A stretch of 24,247 bases of DNA, from positions 1 through 24,247 of the forward strand of contig JAFDHS010000012.1 of assembly GCA_019308655.1 (NCBI GenBank), given 5' to 3'. This DNA is from Deltaproteobacteria bacterium (lineage in GTDB: Bacteria > Desulfobacterota > Desulfobacteria > Desulfobacterales > JAFDHS01). The position numbers and the translations under genes were made by a program. This document shows, piece after piece, positions 1 to 9,299 of the stretch (its first letter is position 1; each line of letters begins with the position of its first letter). The notes below the pieces were generated by a model. That model was not told the DNA's origin. It did not search any database and worked only from the letters and a program-made list of their open reading frames with translations.

Positions 1-881
1 GCTTCCGCACCGGCTAACCTTTCAACCAGCTTGTAACCGATATTTCCGGCATTGAGATCGGGAAAAACCAGAACATTGGCCTGGCCGGCTATGGTGCTTC
101 CAGGGGCTTTTTTAGCGCCGACCGCTTTAACCAATGCGGCATCCGCCTGAAGTTCCCCGTCAGCTTCAAGGTCGGGGTTTGTTTCCTTGAGAATCTTTAA
201 AGCTTCCTGGACTTTTTCAACATTTTTATGTTTTGCGCTGCCTTTGGTTGAGAAAGACAATAGAGCGACCTTAGGAGTCGTTTCAAGAAAAGCGGAGCAG
301 CTATCGGCGGAAGCGGATGCAATCTCGGCCAGTTGCGCGGGATTCGGATCGGGATTGACTGCACAGTCGGCAAAAATAATTGAGCCGTCTTTACCGAATT
401 CTTGTTTAGGGGTAACCATTATAAAGCAGCTTGAAACGGTTTTCATGCCCGGTTTTGTTCCGATAACGCGAAGTGCTGCTCTTAAAACATTACCTGTCGT
501 ATTTTTAGCCCCTGCAACGGCACCATGGGCCATCCCTTTTTTAACCAGCATACAACCGAAGAATAATACATCCCTCATGGACTGTTCAGCCTCTTCGAGG
601 GTCATGCCTTTTGCTTTTCTCATTTCATAATATTCTTCATAAAAAGGCTTTAAATGTTCACTGGTGTTTGGGTCAATGAAGGTACAATTGACTGGATATC
701 CTTTGTCTTTAAAGGCTTTCTCCAGATCCGCCTCATTCCCGAGTATGATGACTTCTTTTGCTAAACTATTTTTTGCAATTTCATTTGCGGCATCAATTGT
801 TCGTTCGTCATCGCCTTCAGGTAAGACAATCGTTTTTTGTTTTGTTTTTGCAATATCCCAGAATTTTGACATCAAAGACAC
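1..881 (-). CDS. pta: Phosphate acetyltransferase (short PTA_PTB-only type), 3' end outside the window
   Basis: Manual - strand translation from GTG at 881 (SD GGAGGT at 888-893, 6 nt spacing): [32 protein letters not shown]...[22 protein letters not shown]...[11 protein letters not shown]...[12 protein letters not shown]...[10 protein letters not shown]...[25 protein letters not shown]. These are hallmark Pta motifs. The frame is open to the window edge, so it is missing from the ORF track. Confidence 0.96.
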   Translation of the reverse strand, partial: MSLMSKFWDIAKTKQKTIVLPEGDDERTIDAANEIAKNSLAKEVIILGNEADLEKAFKDKGYPVNCTFIDPNTSEHLKPFYEEYYEMRKAKGMTLEEAEQSMRDVLFFGCMLVKKGMAHGAVAGAKNTTGNVLRAALRVIGTKPGMKTVSSCFIMVTPKQEFGKDGSIIFADCAVNPDPNPAQLAEIASASADSCSAFLETTPKVALLSFSTKGSAKHKNVEKVQEALKILKETNPDLEADGELQADAALVKAVGAKKAPGSTIAGQANVLVFPDLNAGNIGYKLVERLAGAE

Positions 882-1182
882 GATAGCACCTCCACTCTCC
901 ACTTTTATGATGATTAAATATAATGAGCCCGAGTTGCAAAAAGTCTCATTATACGGTTGCAATTTTAACAATATAATTATTATATTAAGATTACGGGGAG
1001 CCAAAAAATAAAAATGGTTAAGGCGAAAAAAAGCCAGCCACCATTGTGCTTCAAATAAACTGAATGGGTTTATTTTTTTAATTTTAAAAATAAAATTTAA
1101 ACTATACTACGCCTTTTTTTGAAGCGCAATAAAAAAATCCAATGTTAACATACATTAAGAGCTCTTTACGGAATTTTTAATT

Positions 1183-1836
1183 GTGTCAGGGATGGTGAAA
1201 ATTTTAATTTGCAGGGCAAAGCAAAGGAAGCGTATTTTAAAGAAAGTGGATCAGAATACAAAAAAAGTCGCTCTTTTTCCGGTAATACTCCAGGTTCCTT
1301 TTAAAAAGAAGCAGCTTAAAGGTAAAGAGCAGGTTGCATACCTTAGCAGGCATGCAAGGCGGGCCCTTCAAATGTCCGCCCGGAAGAGCGGCATCTTTTT
1401 GAGAACCCTTTTAAAGAACGAAAATGGTGCGCCCCTGCCTGTTGACGGAAACTTCTGGTCTCTTACGCACAAACCGGAATATGTTGCCGGTGTTGTTGCT
1501 TCGACAAGTACGGGTATTGATATCGAGAGAATAAGACCGTGCTCAGCGTCTCTTTTCAGAAAAGTTGCCGACGACAGGGAATGGGGTCTTGTTGATTCCG
1601 ATCCTTTGGAGCTTTTTTTTCGTTACTGGACTTCTAAAGAAGCGGTTCTTAAAGCGGCAGGGATAGGTCTTGTGGGCCTTTCAGAATGCCGGGTTGTAAA
1701 GGTAATAGACAAGAAGAATCTTATAATAAATTTCAGAAATAAAAATTGGCAAATAGAAAATTTTTTTTTCCAGGGGCATATCGCATCCGTAGCCCATAAT
1801 TTGTGCAGGATTAAATGGACACTTTCAAAAGCTTAA
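1183..1836 (+). CDS. 4'-phosphopantetheinyl transferase (Sfp/ACPS superfamily)
   Basis: Motifs SLTHK..., GIDIE and FFRYWTSKEAVLKAAGIGL match the Sfp-type GxDxE and WxxKEAxxKA signatures. Start uncertain (GTG 1183, ATG 1192 or GTG 1246). Confidence 0.88.
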   Translation: MSGMVKILICRAKQRKRILKKVDQNTKKVALFPVILQVPFKKKQLKGKEQVAYLSRHARRALQMSARKSGIFLRTLLKNENGAPLPVDGNFWSLTHKPEYVAGVVASTSTGIDIERIRPCSASLFRKVADDREWGLVDSDPLELFFRYWTSKEAVLKAAGIGLVGLSECRVVKVIDKKNLIINFRNKNWQIENFFFQGHIASVAHNLCRIKWTLSKA

Positions 1837-2798
1837 GAATATTTCAATCCGGCAATCAATCCCTTCATGTCTTCATGAACGGGTGCTTCAAAAAACAAAG
1901 ATTCACCGTTAACCGGATGAGTGAATTTAAGGCGCCATGCATGCAGCATTTGCCGTGAAGCTGATTTTACAAGGGTGCAAATATCCTGCCTTTTGTTTAT
2001 AAAATGATCGGTTCTCTTTCGGGGGCAGTATACCGGGTCTCCAACAACAGGATGATTGACGGCAGCACAATGAACTCTTATTTGATGTGTGCGGCCGGTT
2101 TTTAAATTTAACTCAAGTAATGTTGCGCCGTCAAAAGGTTCTCTGACTTTCCAGGTTGTTTCAGCAAAGCGGCTTCTACGGCTAAACGTTGACATTTTCT
2201 TTCTGTTGGAAGGATGTCGGCCGATTGGAAGTGTGATGCTTCCGGACTTGGAATCCATCTCGCCGTAAACAACTGCCAGGTACTTTTTTTGAACGGTTCT
2301 GTTTTTAAATTGAGATGCAAGTCCGGTATGCGCAAGATGGGTTTTTGCAACGACCATGATACCGGAGGTGTCCTTGTCCAGCCGGTGAACAATACCCGCT
2401 CTTATTTTTCCTCCCACACCTTCGAGGTCGGGGCAATGATACAGCAGACCATTGACCAGCGTTCCGGTGTAGTGTCCCGGTGCCGGGTGAACCACCAGTC
2501 CCGGTTGTTTGTTAATTACAATAATATATTTGTCTTCGTAGACGATATTTAACCGGATCGGCTCGGGTTCCAGGGGAAGCGGCTCCGGAGGAGGAATTCG
2601 TCCGCAAATCGTTTCACCTGATTTAACCCGATATCCAGGTTTTTTTAAAGCGTCATGAACACGTATCATTCCTTTTTGAATCAGGCGTGAAGCTATATTC
2701 CTGGAGCATAAAGGAATGAGGGAGGAAACAACGACATCAAGGCGTTTCCCGGAGTCGTTTGAGTTTACAAGAAAAGAAAAAGCACCTTTCTCAGACAT
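1833..2798 (-). CDS. rluD: RluA-family 23S rRNA pseudouridine synthase with N-terminal S4 domain (RluD-like)
   Basis: S4-like GKRLD...SR...LI..G, INKQPGLVVHP, catalytic HRLDKDTSG, LKTGRTHQIRVH, GDPVY, QMLHAWRL. Start trimmed to ATG 2798 (MSEKGAF) to avoid overlap with carD. Confidence 0.93.
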   Translation of the reverse strand: MSEKGAFSFLVNSNDSGKRLDVVVSSLIPLCSRNIASRLIQKGMIRVHDALKKPGYRVKSGETICGRIPPPEPLPLEPEPIRLNIVYEDKYIIVINKQPGLVVHPAPGHYTGTLVNGLLYHCPDLEGVGGKIRAGIVHRLDKDTSGIMVVAKTHLAHTGLASQFKNRTVQKKYLAVVYGEMDSKSGSITLPIGRHPSNRKKMSTFSRRSRFAETTWKVREPFDGATLLELNLKTGRTHQIRVHCAAVNHPVVGDPVYCPRKRTDHFINKRQDICTLVKSASRQMLHAWRLKFTHPVNGESLFFEAPVHEDMKGLIAGLKYS

Positions 2799-2829
2799 GA
2801 CTTCACTGGAAAACTTTTTCGGGAGCAAA

Positions 2830-3384
2830 TTATTGAAGGACTTCTTTGGGATTAAATAAAGATTCAATTTCAGACATCATGGAATTTTCATCCATGTTTT
2901 TGGCGGTGCAAAGTTCCTTTAATAGAAGACTCTGGGCTGTATCGAGGAGTTTACGCTCACCAAAAGACAAGTCCTTGGTCAGCTTGAGAAGGAAAAGATC
3001 TCTGAAAACCTCTGCCACATCATAAAGAGAACCGGTTTTTATCTTTTCCATGTATTCTCTGTATCGGCGATTCCAGGTCTGGTTGTCGAGTGAACCTTTC
3101 TTTCTGGTTAGCATCACCTTATAAACATTGGGAATATCATTCTTATTGATGACCTCTCTCAATCCTACTGATGCTACGTTGGAAGTGGGAATCATTATAA
3201 CCATTGCGTTTTCAAGAATCTTCATGATGTAAAAATCATGTGTTTCCCCGTTGATTACACGGCTTTCAATAGATTCGATACGACCGACTCCATGGGCAGG
3301 ATAAACGGCAAGGTCACCTACGTTAAAGTGCTTGATGGATCCTTTTTCAATCTGGACTTTCTCTTTAATTGCTTTTTCAGCCAT
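2830..3384 (-). CDS. carD: CarD/CdnL-family RNA polymerase-binding transcription factor
   Basis: FNVGDLAVYPAHGVGRIESIE (CarD_TRCF domain), VGLREVI, and TWNRRYREYMEKIKTGSLYDVAEVFRDL with the conserved Trp. Start trimmed to ATG 3384; the upstream in-frame stretch is AT-rich and looks non-coding. Confidence 0.95.
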   Translation of the reverse strand: MAEKAIKEKVQIEKGSIKHFNVGDLAVYPAHGVGRIESIESRVINGETHDFYIMKILENAMVIMIPTSNVASVGLREVINKNDIPNVYKVMLTRKKGSLDNQTWNRRYREYMEKIKTGSLYDVAEVFRDLFLLKLTKDLSFGERKLLDTAQSLLLKELCTAKNMDENSMMSEIESLFNPKEVLQ

Positions 3385-3425
3385 TTGTTTCACCAACGTC
3401 TTTAATAAGAATAAAAAATAAAACA

Positions 3426-3454
3426 ATGATACCGTAATTAAAAAAATCAATCAA
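3426..3454 (-). promoter_or_regulatory. Putative sigma70 promoter for carD-rluD
   Basis: On the - strand TTGATT-N17-TATCAT, about 40 nt upstream of the carD start and directly downstream of the hppA terminator. Confidence 0.55.
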
Positions 3455-3458
3455 CTAA

Positions 3459-3494
3459 AAAAGGGATTGACGATTTTAATCGTCAATCCCTTTT
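3459..3494 (-). terminator. Rho-independent terminator after hppA
   Basis: Perfect 17-bp inverted repeat AAAAGGGATTGACGATT (3459-3475) / AATCGTCAATCCCTTTT (3478-3494). On the - strand it ends in a run of 6 T, about 40 nt past the hppA stop. Confidence 0.88.
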
Positions 3495-3535
3495 CATGTT
3501 AACCCATTATAAAACCTGAAATAATCCCCGATATT

Positions 3536-5545
3536 TTAAATGAGGAAAGGCACCAGAAGGAGTGCAACAACGTTCAGGATCTTGATCATCGGGTTTACAG
3601 CAGGTCCGGCGGTATCTTTGTAGGGGTCGCCTATGGTGTCGCCGGTTACGGCAGCTTTATGTGCTTCGCTTCCTTTGCCGCCAAGGTGACCGTCTTCGAT
3701 GTATTTTTTGGCGTTATCCCATGCAGCACCACCGGTTGTCATGGAGAGGGCAACAAAAACACCGGTTACGATACTACCGATCAGAAGTCCGCCCAGAGCG
3801 ATTTTGCCGAGGAGAAGGCCGACCAGAATCGGTGTAATTACGGGCAGAAGCGCAGGAACCATCATTTCTCTAAGCGCAAACTTTGTTACGATATCAACGC
3901 ATGCAGCATAGTCGGGTTTTGCTGTCCTTTCCATGATTCCGGGAATTTCACGGAACTGGCGCCTGACTTCCTCAACAACGGCGGCGCCTGCATTTCCAAC
4001 CGCTTTCATTGCAAAGGAAGCAAAAAGATAAGGAAGAAGACCGCCGATAAAAAGACCGATAATAACATTTACATCACTCAGATCAAAAGTCAGAGCGCCT
4101 TCTTTTCCGTGAATAGCGAATTCCTGAACATAGCATGAAAAGAGAACCAGAGCGGCAAGAGCGGCAGAACCGATGGCATACCCTTTGGTAACGGCCTTTG
4201 TGGTATTTCCAACAGCATCCAGCGGATCGGTTACGGCGCGAACGCTTTCATCCATATCAGCCATCTCGGCAATACCGCCTGCATTATCCGTAATGGGACC
4301 GTATGCATCAATTGCGATAACCATACCGGTCATGGAAAGCATGGACATGGCTGCCATTGCGATTCCGTAAATTCCTGCAAAATTGAAGGCCAGTCCGATG
4401 CCGAGGCAGATGGCGAGAACCGGAGCTGCTGTTGACTGCATGCTGACGGCAAGACCGGCGATAACGTTGGTGCCGTGTCCTGTTGTTGAGGCCTCTGCAA
4501 TATCCTTAACCGGTTTGTAAATACCGGTGTAGTATTCGGTAATGATAACGATTACTACTGTAAGTACAAGACCGATAAGGGTACAATAATAAATTGACAT
4601 TGCCGTGGTTCCGGGAATGTCAACCATCATCTTATTCGCTGCGTAATAGAATGCGACTGCCGCAATGATTGCGGCGCCGAACATACCCTTGTAAAGGGCG
4701 CCCATGATGTATTGGGTTTTGCCGAGTCTTACGAAAAAGACGGCGATCATGGAGGAGACGATTGAAATCGAACCGAGTACGAGTGGAAATAATACAGCCA
4801 TTTGCTGTTCGGGAAAAAGAAGGTGACCCAAAAGCATTGCAGCAACGGCAGTTACCGCGTAAGTTTCGAAAAGGTCAGCAGCCATTCCGGCACAGTCCCC
4901 AACGTTATCACCAACATTATCTGCGATTGTTGCCGGGTTTCTCGGATCATCTTCAGGAATGCCGGCCTCAACTTTTCCAACCAGGTCTGCGCCAACATCA
5001 GCGCCCTTGGTAAAGATACCGCCGCCGAGTCTTGCAAAGATGGAAATCAGGCTTCCACCAAAACCGAGTGCAACAAGAGGCATAATTTCATGTGTGTACA
5101 TATAGAATCCGGCAACGGAAGTCAGTGCCAGACCGGCAACGATCATACCGGTAACCGAACCGCCTCTGAAAGCAAGGGCAAGTCCTGCAGCCAAACCTTT
5201 TCTTGCGGCTTCAGCCGTTCTTACATTGGCAATAACAGAGACTCGCATTCCGATATAACCGGCTATAAAAGAAGCAACGGCGCCGATCAGAAAGCCTAAA
5301 GCGGTCTGACTGCCCATTGTTGCGAAAATAACGACAAAAATAACAGCACCGGCAGCACCCATGCTTTTGAGCTGACGATTAAGATATGCGATTGCGCCTT
5401 CTTGAATTGCGGTGGCTATTTCCGTCATTTTTGCGTTTCCAGCCGGTGCACTTTTGACGACTCCGGCCAGAACCAGAGCAAACAGTATTCCAGATATACC
5501 GACCAGTGTGCTTATCAATGGAATGTTATTCATTACAAATTCCAT
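3536..5545 (-). CDS. hppA: Membrane-bound H+-translocating pyrophosphatase, K+-independent type
   Basis: [75 protein letters not shown] and [14 protein letters not shown] motifs. ATG 5545 is preceded by GGAGG. Confidence 0.98.
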   Translation of the reverse strand: MEFVMNNIPLISTLVGISGILFALVLAGVVKSAPAGNAKMTEIATAIQEGAIAYLNRQLKSMGAAGAVIFVVIFATMGSQTALGFLIGAVASFIAGYIGMRVSVIANVRTAEAARKGLAAGLALAFRGGSVTGMIVAGLALTSVAGFYMYTHEIMPLVALGFGGSLISIFARLGGGIFTKGADVGADLVGKVEAGIPEDDPRNPATIADNVGDNVGDCAGMAADLFETYAVTAVAAMLLGHLLFPEQQMAVLFPLVLGSISIVSSMIAVFFVRLGKTQYIMGALYKGMFGAAIIAAVAFYYAANKMMVDIPGTTAMSIYYCTLIGLVLTVVIVIITEYYTGIYKPVKDIAEASTTGHGTNVIAGLAVSMQSTAAPVLAICLGIGLAFNFAGIYGIAMAAMSMLSMTGMVIAIDAYGPITDNAGGIAEMADMDESVRAVTDPLDAVGNTTKAVTKGYAIGSAALAALVLFSCYVQEFAIHGKEGALTFDLSDVNVIIGLFIGGLLPYLFASFAMKAVGNAGAAVVEEVRRQFREIPGIMERTAKPDYAACVDIVTKFALREMMVPALLPVITPILVGLLLGKIALGGLLIGSIVTGVFVALSMTTGGAAWDNAKKYIEDGHLGGKGSEAHKAAVTGDTIGDPYKDTAGPAVNPMIKILNVVALLLVPFLI

Positions 5546-5583
5546 ATTTCCCTCCATTCGATTTTAACATAAACCATGATCAT

Positions 5584-6162
5584 TTAATTAGAATTAAATT
5601 GACTCATCCCTTGTTTTAAGCCGTTACTGAGTATCGTAACGGTTGCATCCCTTGCTCTTGTTATGATCGGGTTCAGATGCTTTGTTTCATCAGCTGAAAA
5701 CCTTTCCAGTACATGACCAACAACATGAATGCGAGCGTCGGGACGTCCGATGCCAATGCGAATACGTACAAAATCACCACCCCCAAAGGCATCAATTAAA
5801 GACCTTATTCCATTATGTCCCCCATGCCCTCCTTTCTCTTTTATTTTTATTCTGCCATAAGTGAGGTCTATGTCGTCATGAATAACCAACATATCCCCAC
5901 ATAATATATTAAAATATTGTGCAAGCTTTTGCGTCGGCGGTCCGCTTCGATTCATAAAGGCCATCGGTTTTGCAAGAATAACAGGATTGCCGTTTATGGA
6001 TCCACAACCGAATAGAGCATCAAATTTTTGCTTGTCGAGTGGTATTGAGTAGGTGTCTGCGATTTCATCAACAACCATGAATCCAAGATTGTGACGGGTC
6101 TTTGCATACTTGTCACCTGGGTTTCCAAGACCGACAATGAGGCGAATTCTCTCGATAGACAT
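5584..6162 (-). CDS. pth: Peptidyl-tRNA hydrolase
   Basis: LIVGLGNPGDKYAKTRHNLGF, LAKPMAFMNRSG, VIHDDIDL, GGHGGHNGIRS, RIRIGIGRP. Confidence 0.98.
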   Translation of the reverse strand: MSIERIRLIVGLGNPGDKYAKTRHNLGFMVVDEIADTYSIPLDKQKFDALFGCGSINGNPVILAKPMAFMNRSGPPTQKLAQYFNILCGDMLVIHDDIDLTYGRIKIKEKGGHGGHNGIRSLIDAFGGGDFVRIRIGIGRPDARIHVVGHVLERFSADETKHLNPIITRARDATVTILSNGLKQGMSQFNSN

Positions 6163-6170
6163 AACTTCTT

Positions 6171-6815
6171 TTATTCTTCGCCGCCACCAGCTTCAGCTTC
6201 AGCTTCGACTGCTTCTTCCTCAGCAACTTCTTCTTCCGTTACTTCTTCAACTTCTCTCTTGGGAACAACAACGGTAGCAACGGTAAAATTAACATCTGAA
6301 GGAAATTCAGTATTCCCTTCAGCAGAGATGTCGTTGATATGAATCGAATCTCCCACATCAAGATCCGTAACATCGATATCAATTGAGTTGGGTATTTCCT
6401 GGGGCAGACACATGACTTCAAGTTCTTTTCGGATGAGCTGAAGAATGCCGCCGAGTTCAACTCCCTTTGAAATTCCGGTTATGGTAACAGGAACCTTAAC
6501 TGTTATCTTCTTCGCCATATCTACTTCATAGAAGTCAACATGCAGAAAGTTGCGTGAGACAGGATCAACCTGCAATTCCTTTATCATTGCAGATCTTGGC
6601 GTGTCCGTGTTTCCTACAACAAGATTCATAAGAATCTGACTCGCTCTGTTCTTTTTTAGTAAAAGCTCAAGATCCCGTGTATTAAGGGAAATTTTAACAG
6701 GTTCAACTCCTTTACCATAAAGTACGGCAGGTATCTGCCCCTGGCGTCGGAGAGCACGCGCATAGCCATTGCCTGTGGATTCTCTTATATTAGTTTTAAG
6801 TTCATGTAACTCCAA
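6171..6815 (-). CDS. rplY: 50S ribosomal protein L25 (long Ctc/TL5 type with acidic tail)
   Basis: ARALRRQGQIPAVLYG, KELQVDPV...LHVDFY, VPVTITG..KGV..GG, and an acidic C-terminal tail. The real start is TTG 6815 behind a strong SD AAGGAGGAG (6821-6829), not the track's 6920. Confidence 0.96.
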   Translation of the reverse strand: MELHELKTNIRESTGNGYARALRRQGQIPAVLYGKGVEPVKISLNTRDLELLLKKNRASQILMNLVVGNTDTPRSAMIKELQVDPVSRNFLHVDFYEVDMAKKITVKVPVTITGISKGVELGGILQLIRKELEVMCLPQEIPNSIDIDVTDLDVGDSIHINDISAEGNTEFPSDVNFTVATVVVPKREVEEVTEEEVAEEEAVEAEAEAGGGEE

Positions 6816-6849
6816 AAATACTCCTCCTTGAAATGTATCCTTAAATTTT

Positions 6850-7791
6850 TTATACAAACAGCGAGGTAACGGAATCGCCTTTATGGCTGCGAATGATCGC
6901 TTCACCAACGAGTTCGGCAATAGAGAGGACTTTTATCTTATCGCATGCCGCAGCCTTACTGTTTAATGGAATGGTATCCGTTGTAATTAAACTTTTCAGG
7001 ACTGAATCTGCTATTCTGTCAACTGCCGGACCGGATAAGACCGGATGGGAACAACATGCATGAACCTCGGCTGCACCATTTTCCATGATGGCGTTTGCGG
7101 CTTCTGTCAATGTGCCGGCAGTATCAACCATGTCATCAAGTATAATCGCTGTTTTTCCTTTAACATCGCCAATGATTGCCATTGCCTTGGCTTTGTTCGG
7201 TGCATGCCTGCGCTTGTCGACAATGGCAAGGTCTGCTTTAAGGCGTTTGGCAAAGGCTCTTGCTCTTTCCGCCCCGCCTGCATCCGGAGAAACCATTACG
7301 AAATTATCTTTATTATAATGATTTTTGATGTGTGCTAATATAACAGGAGCTGCATAAAGATTATCCACCGGGATATTAAAAAAACCCTGAATCTGTCCGG
7401 CATGCAAATCCATTGTTATTACTCGGTTTGCACCGGCTGTTGTAAGAAGATCAGCGATCATTTTTGCACTTATGGGAACACGGGGAGCTACTTTTTTATC
7501 CTGACGGGCGTAACCGTAATAGGGGATAACCGCAGTTATCCTTCTGGTGGAAGAACGCTTGAGGGCATCTATCATAAGAAGTAGTTCAACCAGATTGTCG
7601 TTCACGGGTGAACATGTTGACTGAACAACAAAAGCATCTTTTGACCTTACGTTTTCGTGTATCTCAATTTGTATTTCGCCATCGCTGAAAGTTTTTACCT
7701 TGGCATTGCCAAGAGGTTTGTTCAGATAGCCGGATATTTTTTTAGCAAGTACGGGATTTGAATTCCCTGTAAATATTGTAAATTTATTCAT
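6850..7791 (-). CDS. prs: Ribose-phosphate pyrophosphokinase (PRPP synthetase)
   Basis: [53 protein letters not shown]. Confidence 0.98.
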   Translation of the reverse strand: MNKFTIFTGNSNPVLAKKISGYLNKPLGNAKVKTFSDGEIQIEIHENVRSKDAFVVQSTCSPVNDNLVELLLMIDALKRSSTRRITAVIPYYGYARQDKKVAPRVPISAKMIADLLTTAGANRVITMDLHAGQIQGFFNIPVDNLYAAPVILAHIKNHYNKDNFVMVSPDAGGAERARAFAKRLKADLAIVDKRRHAPNKAKAMAIIGDVKGKTAIILDDMVDTAGTLTEAANAIMENGAAEVHACCSHPVLSGPAVDRIADSVLKSLITTDTIPLNSKAAACDKIKVLSIAELVGEAIIRSHKGDSVTSLFV

Positions 7792-7886
7792 TTATGTTGT
7801 CGTTTCTTTATCAATGCGTAAAAATTTTGGGATAAGATCATTTAAGAATTTTGATGAAACCATCTTTTTTCAACACATTAAAAAAA

Positions 7887-7961
7887 TGGCTGGGGCGGGA
7901 GGATTCGAACCTCCGAATGCAGGAACCAAAGTCCTGTGTCTTACCGCTTGACGACGCCCCA
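7887..7961 (-). tRNA. tRNA-Gln(UUG)
   Basis: 75 nt TGGGGCGTCGTCAAGCGGTAAGACACAGGACTTTGGTTCCTGCATTCGGAGGTTCGAATCCTCCCGCCCCAGCCA. Acceptor stem TGGGGCG/CGCCCCA (U1-A72), anticodon stem CAGGA/TCCTG around CT-TTG-GT, T-loop GGTTCGAATCC, encoded CCA. It sits in the canonical ispE-tRNAGln-prs position. Confidence 0.98.
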
Positions 7962-8010
7962 GTATAAAAAATGAAAAAAATAATTTATATGTTGTCTTAA
8001 CTCATGATTC

Positions 8011-8853
8011 TCAAATCAGCATGTCTACAAGAAAAAACTGCCAGCCGCTCTTTCGGGACAGTTTGTCGTATGCTTTTTTTGCTTTCTCCAAGTCATGAAA
8101 AAGGCCGAATACACTCGGCCCGCTTCCAGACATCAGCACTCCCTCTGCTCCGTTTTTTACAAGAGCCTCTCTTGCCGCTTTGATTTCAGGATATATTGAT
8201 GAGGTCACCGTTTCAAGATCATTGCACAGATATTTCTTTACATCAAAAATAGTCTCCCTATTTAAGATGAACTGTTTAAGTTCTTTTTCGCATTTTGTCA
8301 ATCCCAAATTCAATTTTTTGTACACGTCTGCTGTTGAAACGTTAAATTCCGGGAATATTAATAAGACATGACAGGCTTCAAGGGCGTTGTATTCTTTAAG
8401 TTTTTCGCCAATTCCGCCGGCTATGGCCGGCTTTCCAAATATAAAAAAAGGCACGTCCGCTCCGATCGAAAGTCCCATGTGCATGAGCTCTTTCCGGGAA
8501 TATGGGGAACCATAAAAACGGTTCATGCCCAATAAAACGGCCGCGGCATTACTGCTGCCGCCGCCAAGGCCGGCGCCGACCGGTATTTTTTTATCGATAA
8601 AAATTTTTACGCCTTTACCCGTATTCAAAGTCTTTAAAAAAAGATTTGCAGCTTTATGTGCTAAATTCGTCTCATCTTCCGGGACTTCCGGGTGAGAACA
8701 GGATACAGCCGTCTTTCCAACATTAAAAGTCAATGAAAGGGTGTCGTAAAGTCCGATACGACACATAAGAGAAATCAGATTATGGTAGCCGTCAGGCCTC
8801 TTACCCGTTATGTGTAAAAATAGGTTTATTTTAGCCGACGAAAAAAGTTTCAT
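8011..8853 (-). CDS. ispE: 4-diphosphocytidyl-2-C-methyl-D-erythritol kinase
   Basis: SAKINLFLHITGKRPDGYHNL, GHMP motif KKIPVGAGLGGGSSNAA, IGADVPFF, NDLE, LMSGSGPSVFGL. Confidence 0.98.
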   Translation of the reverse strand: MKLFSSAKINLFLHITGKRPDGYHNLISLMCRIGLYDTLSLTFNVGKTAVSCSHPEVPEDETNLAHKAANLFLKTLNTGKGVKIFIDKKIPVGAGLGGGSSNAAAVLLGMNRFYGSPYSRKELMHMGLSIGADVPFFIFGKPAIAGGIGEKLKEYNALEACHVLLIFPEFNVSTADVYKKLNLGLTKCEKELKQFILNRETIFDVKKYLCNDLETVTSSIYPEIKAAREALVKNGAEGVLMSGSGPSVFGLFHDLEKAKKAYDKLSRKSGWQFFLVDMLI

Positions 8854-8859
8854 GAGAAT

Positions 8860-9144
8860 TTATATTTCATTAACGTACAGCATTCTTAAATTGTACAGAA
8901 TGTCTTTTAAGAGATTTTTTTCCTCGTTTGCCAAATTTCCGTGGGTTTTTTTCTCCAGCATAGCTATTATGTCTATGGTTTGTTTTGCTATGGGTAGATT
9001 TTTATTCTTTTTGCCCGTAGCAGGGTCCTCAACAACTCCAAGATGTACCAGGGCGGATGAGTTCAAAGAAAAGATAAAGGTTGAAAAATCAATCATCGGT
9101 AATTGACAATTTGAGGGAGTATTAATTTTTTTGCTTTCTGACAT
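8860..9144 (-). CDS. Small conserved protein, DUF1844-like
   Basis: PMIDFSTFIFSLNSSALVHLG...NLPIAKQTIDIIAMLEKKTHGNLANEEKNLLKDILYNLRMLYV resembles DUF1844 from memory. SD GAGGAG upstream. Confidence 0.8.
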   Translation of the reverse strand: MSESKKINTPSNCQLPMIDFSTFIFSLNSSALVHLGVVEDPATGKKNKNLPIAKQTIDIIAMLEKKTHGNLANEEKNLLKDILYNLRMLYVNEI

Positions 9145-9175
9145 CCCTGCTCCTCTGTTTGACTAAAGTAAAACA

Positions 9176-9203
9176 ACTCAGATCAACCATAGCTGATCTG
9201 AGT
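9176..9203 (-). terminator. Probable terminator hairpin downstream of serA
   Basis: 10-bp perfect inverted repeat ACTCAGATCA / TGATCTGAGT, extending to 12 bp with one G-U pair on the - strand, followed by TGTTTTACTTT. Confidence 0.55.
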
Positions 9204-9299
9204 ATCGGTCATTTGTTGTTGGATTGGTTTTGATCAATATGAGTATAAACCGATCAAAACCAATAACCTTCCTGAGCGCACAAGTCCTGATTTGTGTTC

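Noticed and set aside
187-1011. Track ORFs 187-630 and 664-1011 (+)
   Set aside because: Antisense shadows of pta, which is clearly encoded on the - strand.
6175-6260. Short tandem repeats (CTTCAG)n
   Set aside because: They encode the ordinary Glu/Ala-rich tail of long L25; not an array or contingency locus.
6816-6920. N-terminal extension of L25 overlapping prs; likewise the extended starts of rluD (2867), carD (3450), hppA (5557), serA (10889) and HisKA (23833)
   Set aside because: Downstream starts have better SD sites or give family-typical N-termini and avoid overlaps.
7887-7961. tRNA-Gln as an integration site for an island
   Set aside because: Flanked by ispE and prs in conserved order, with no duplicated 3' end and no integrase.
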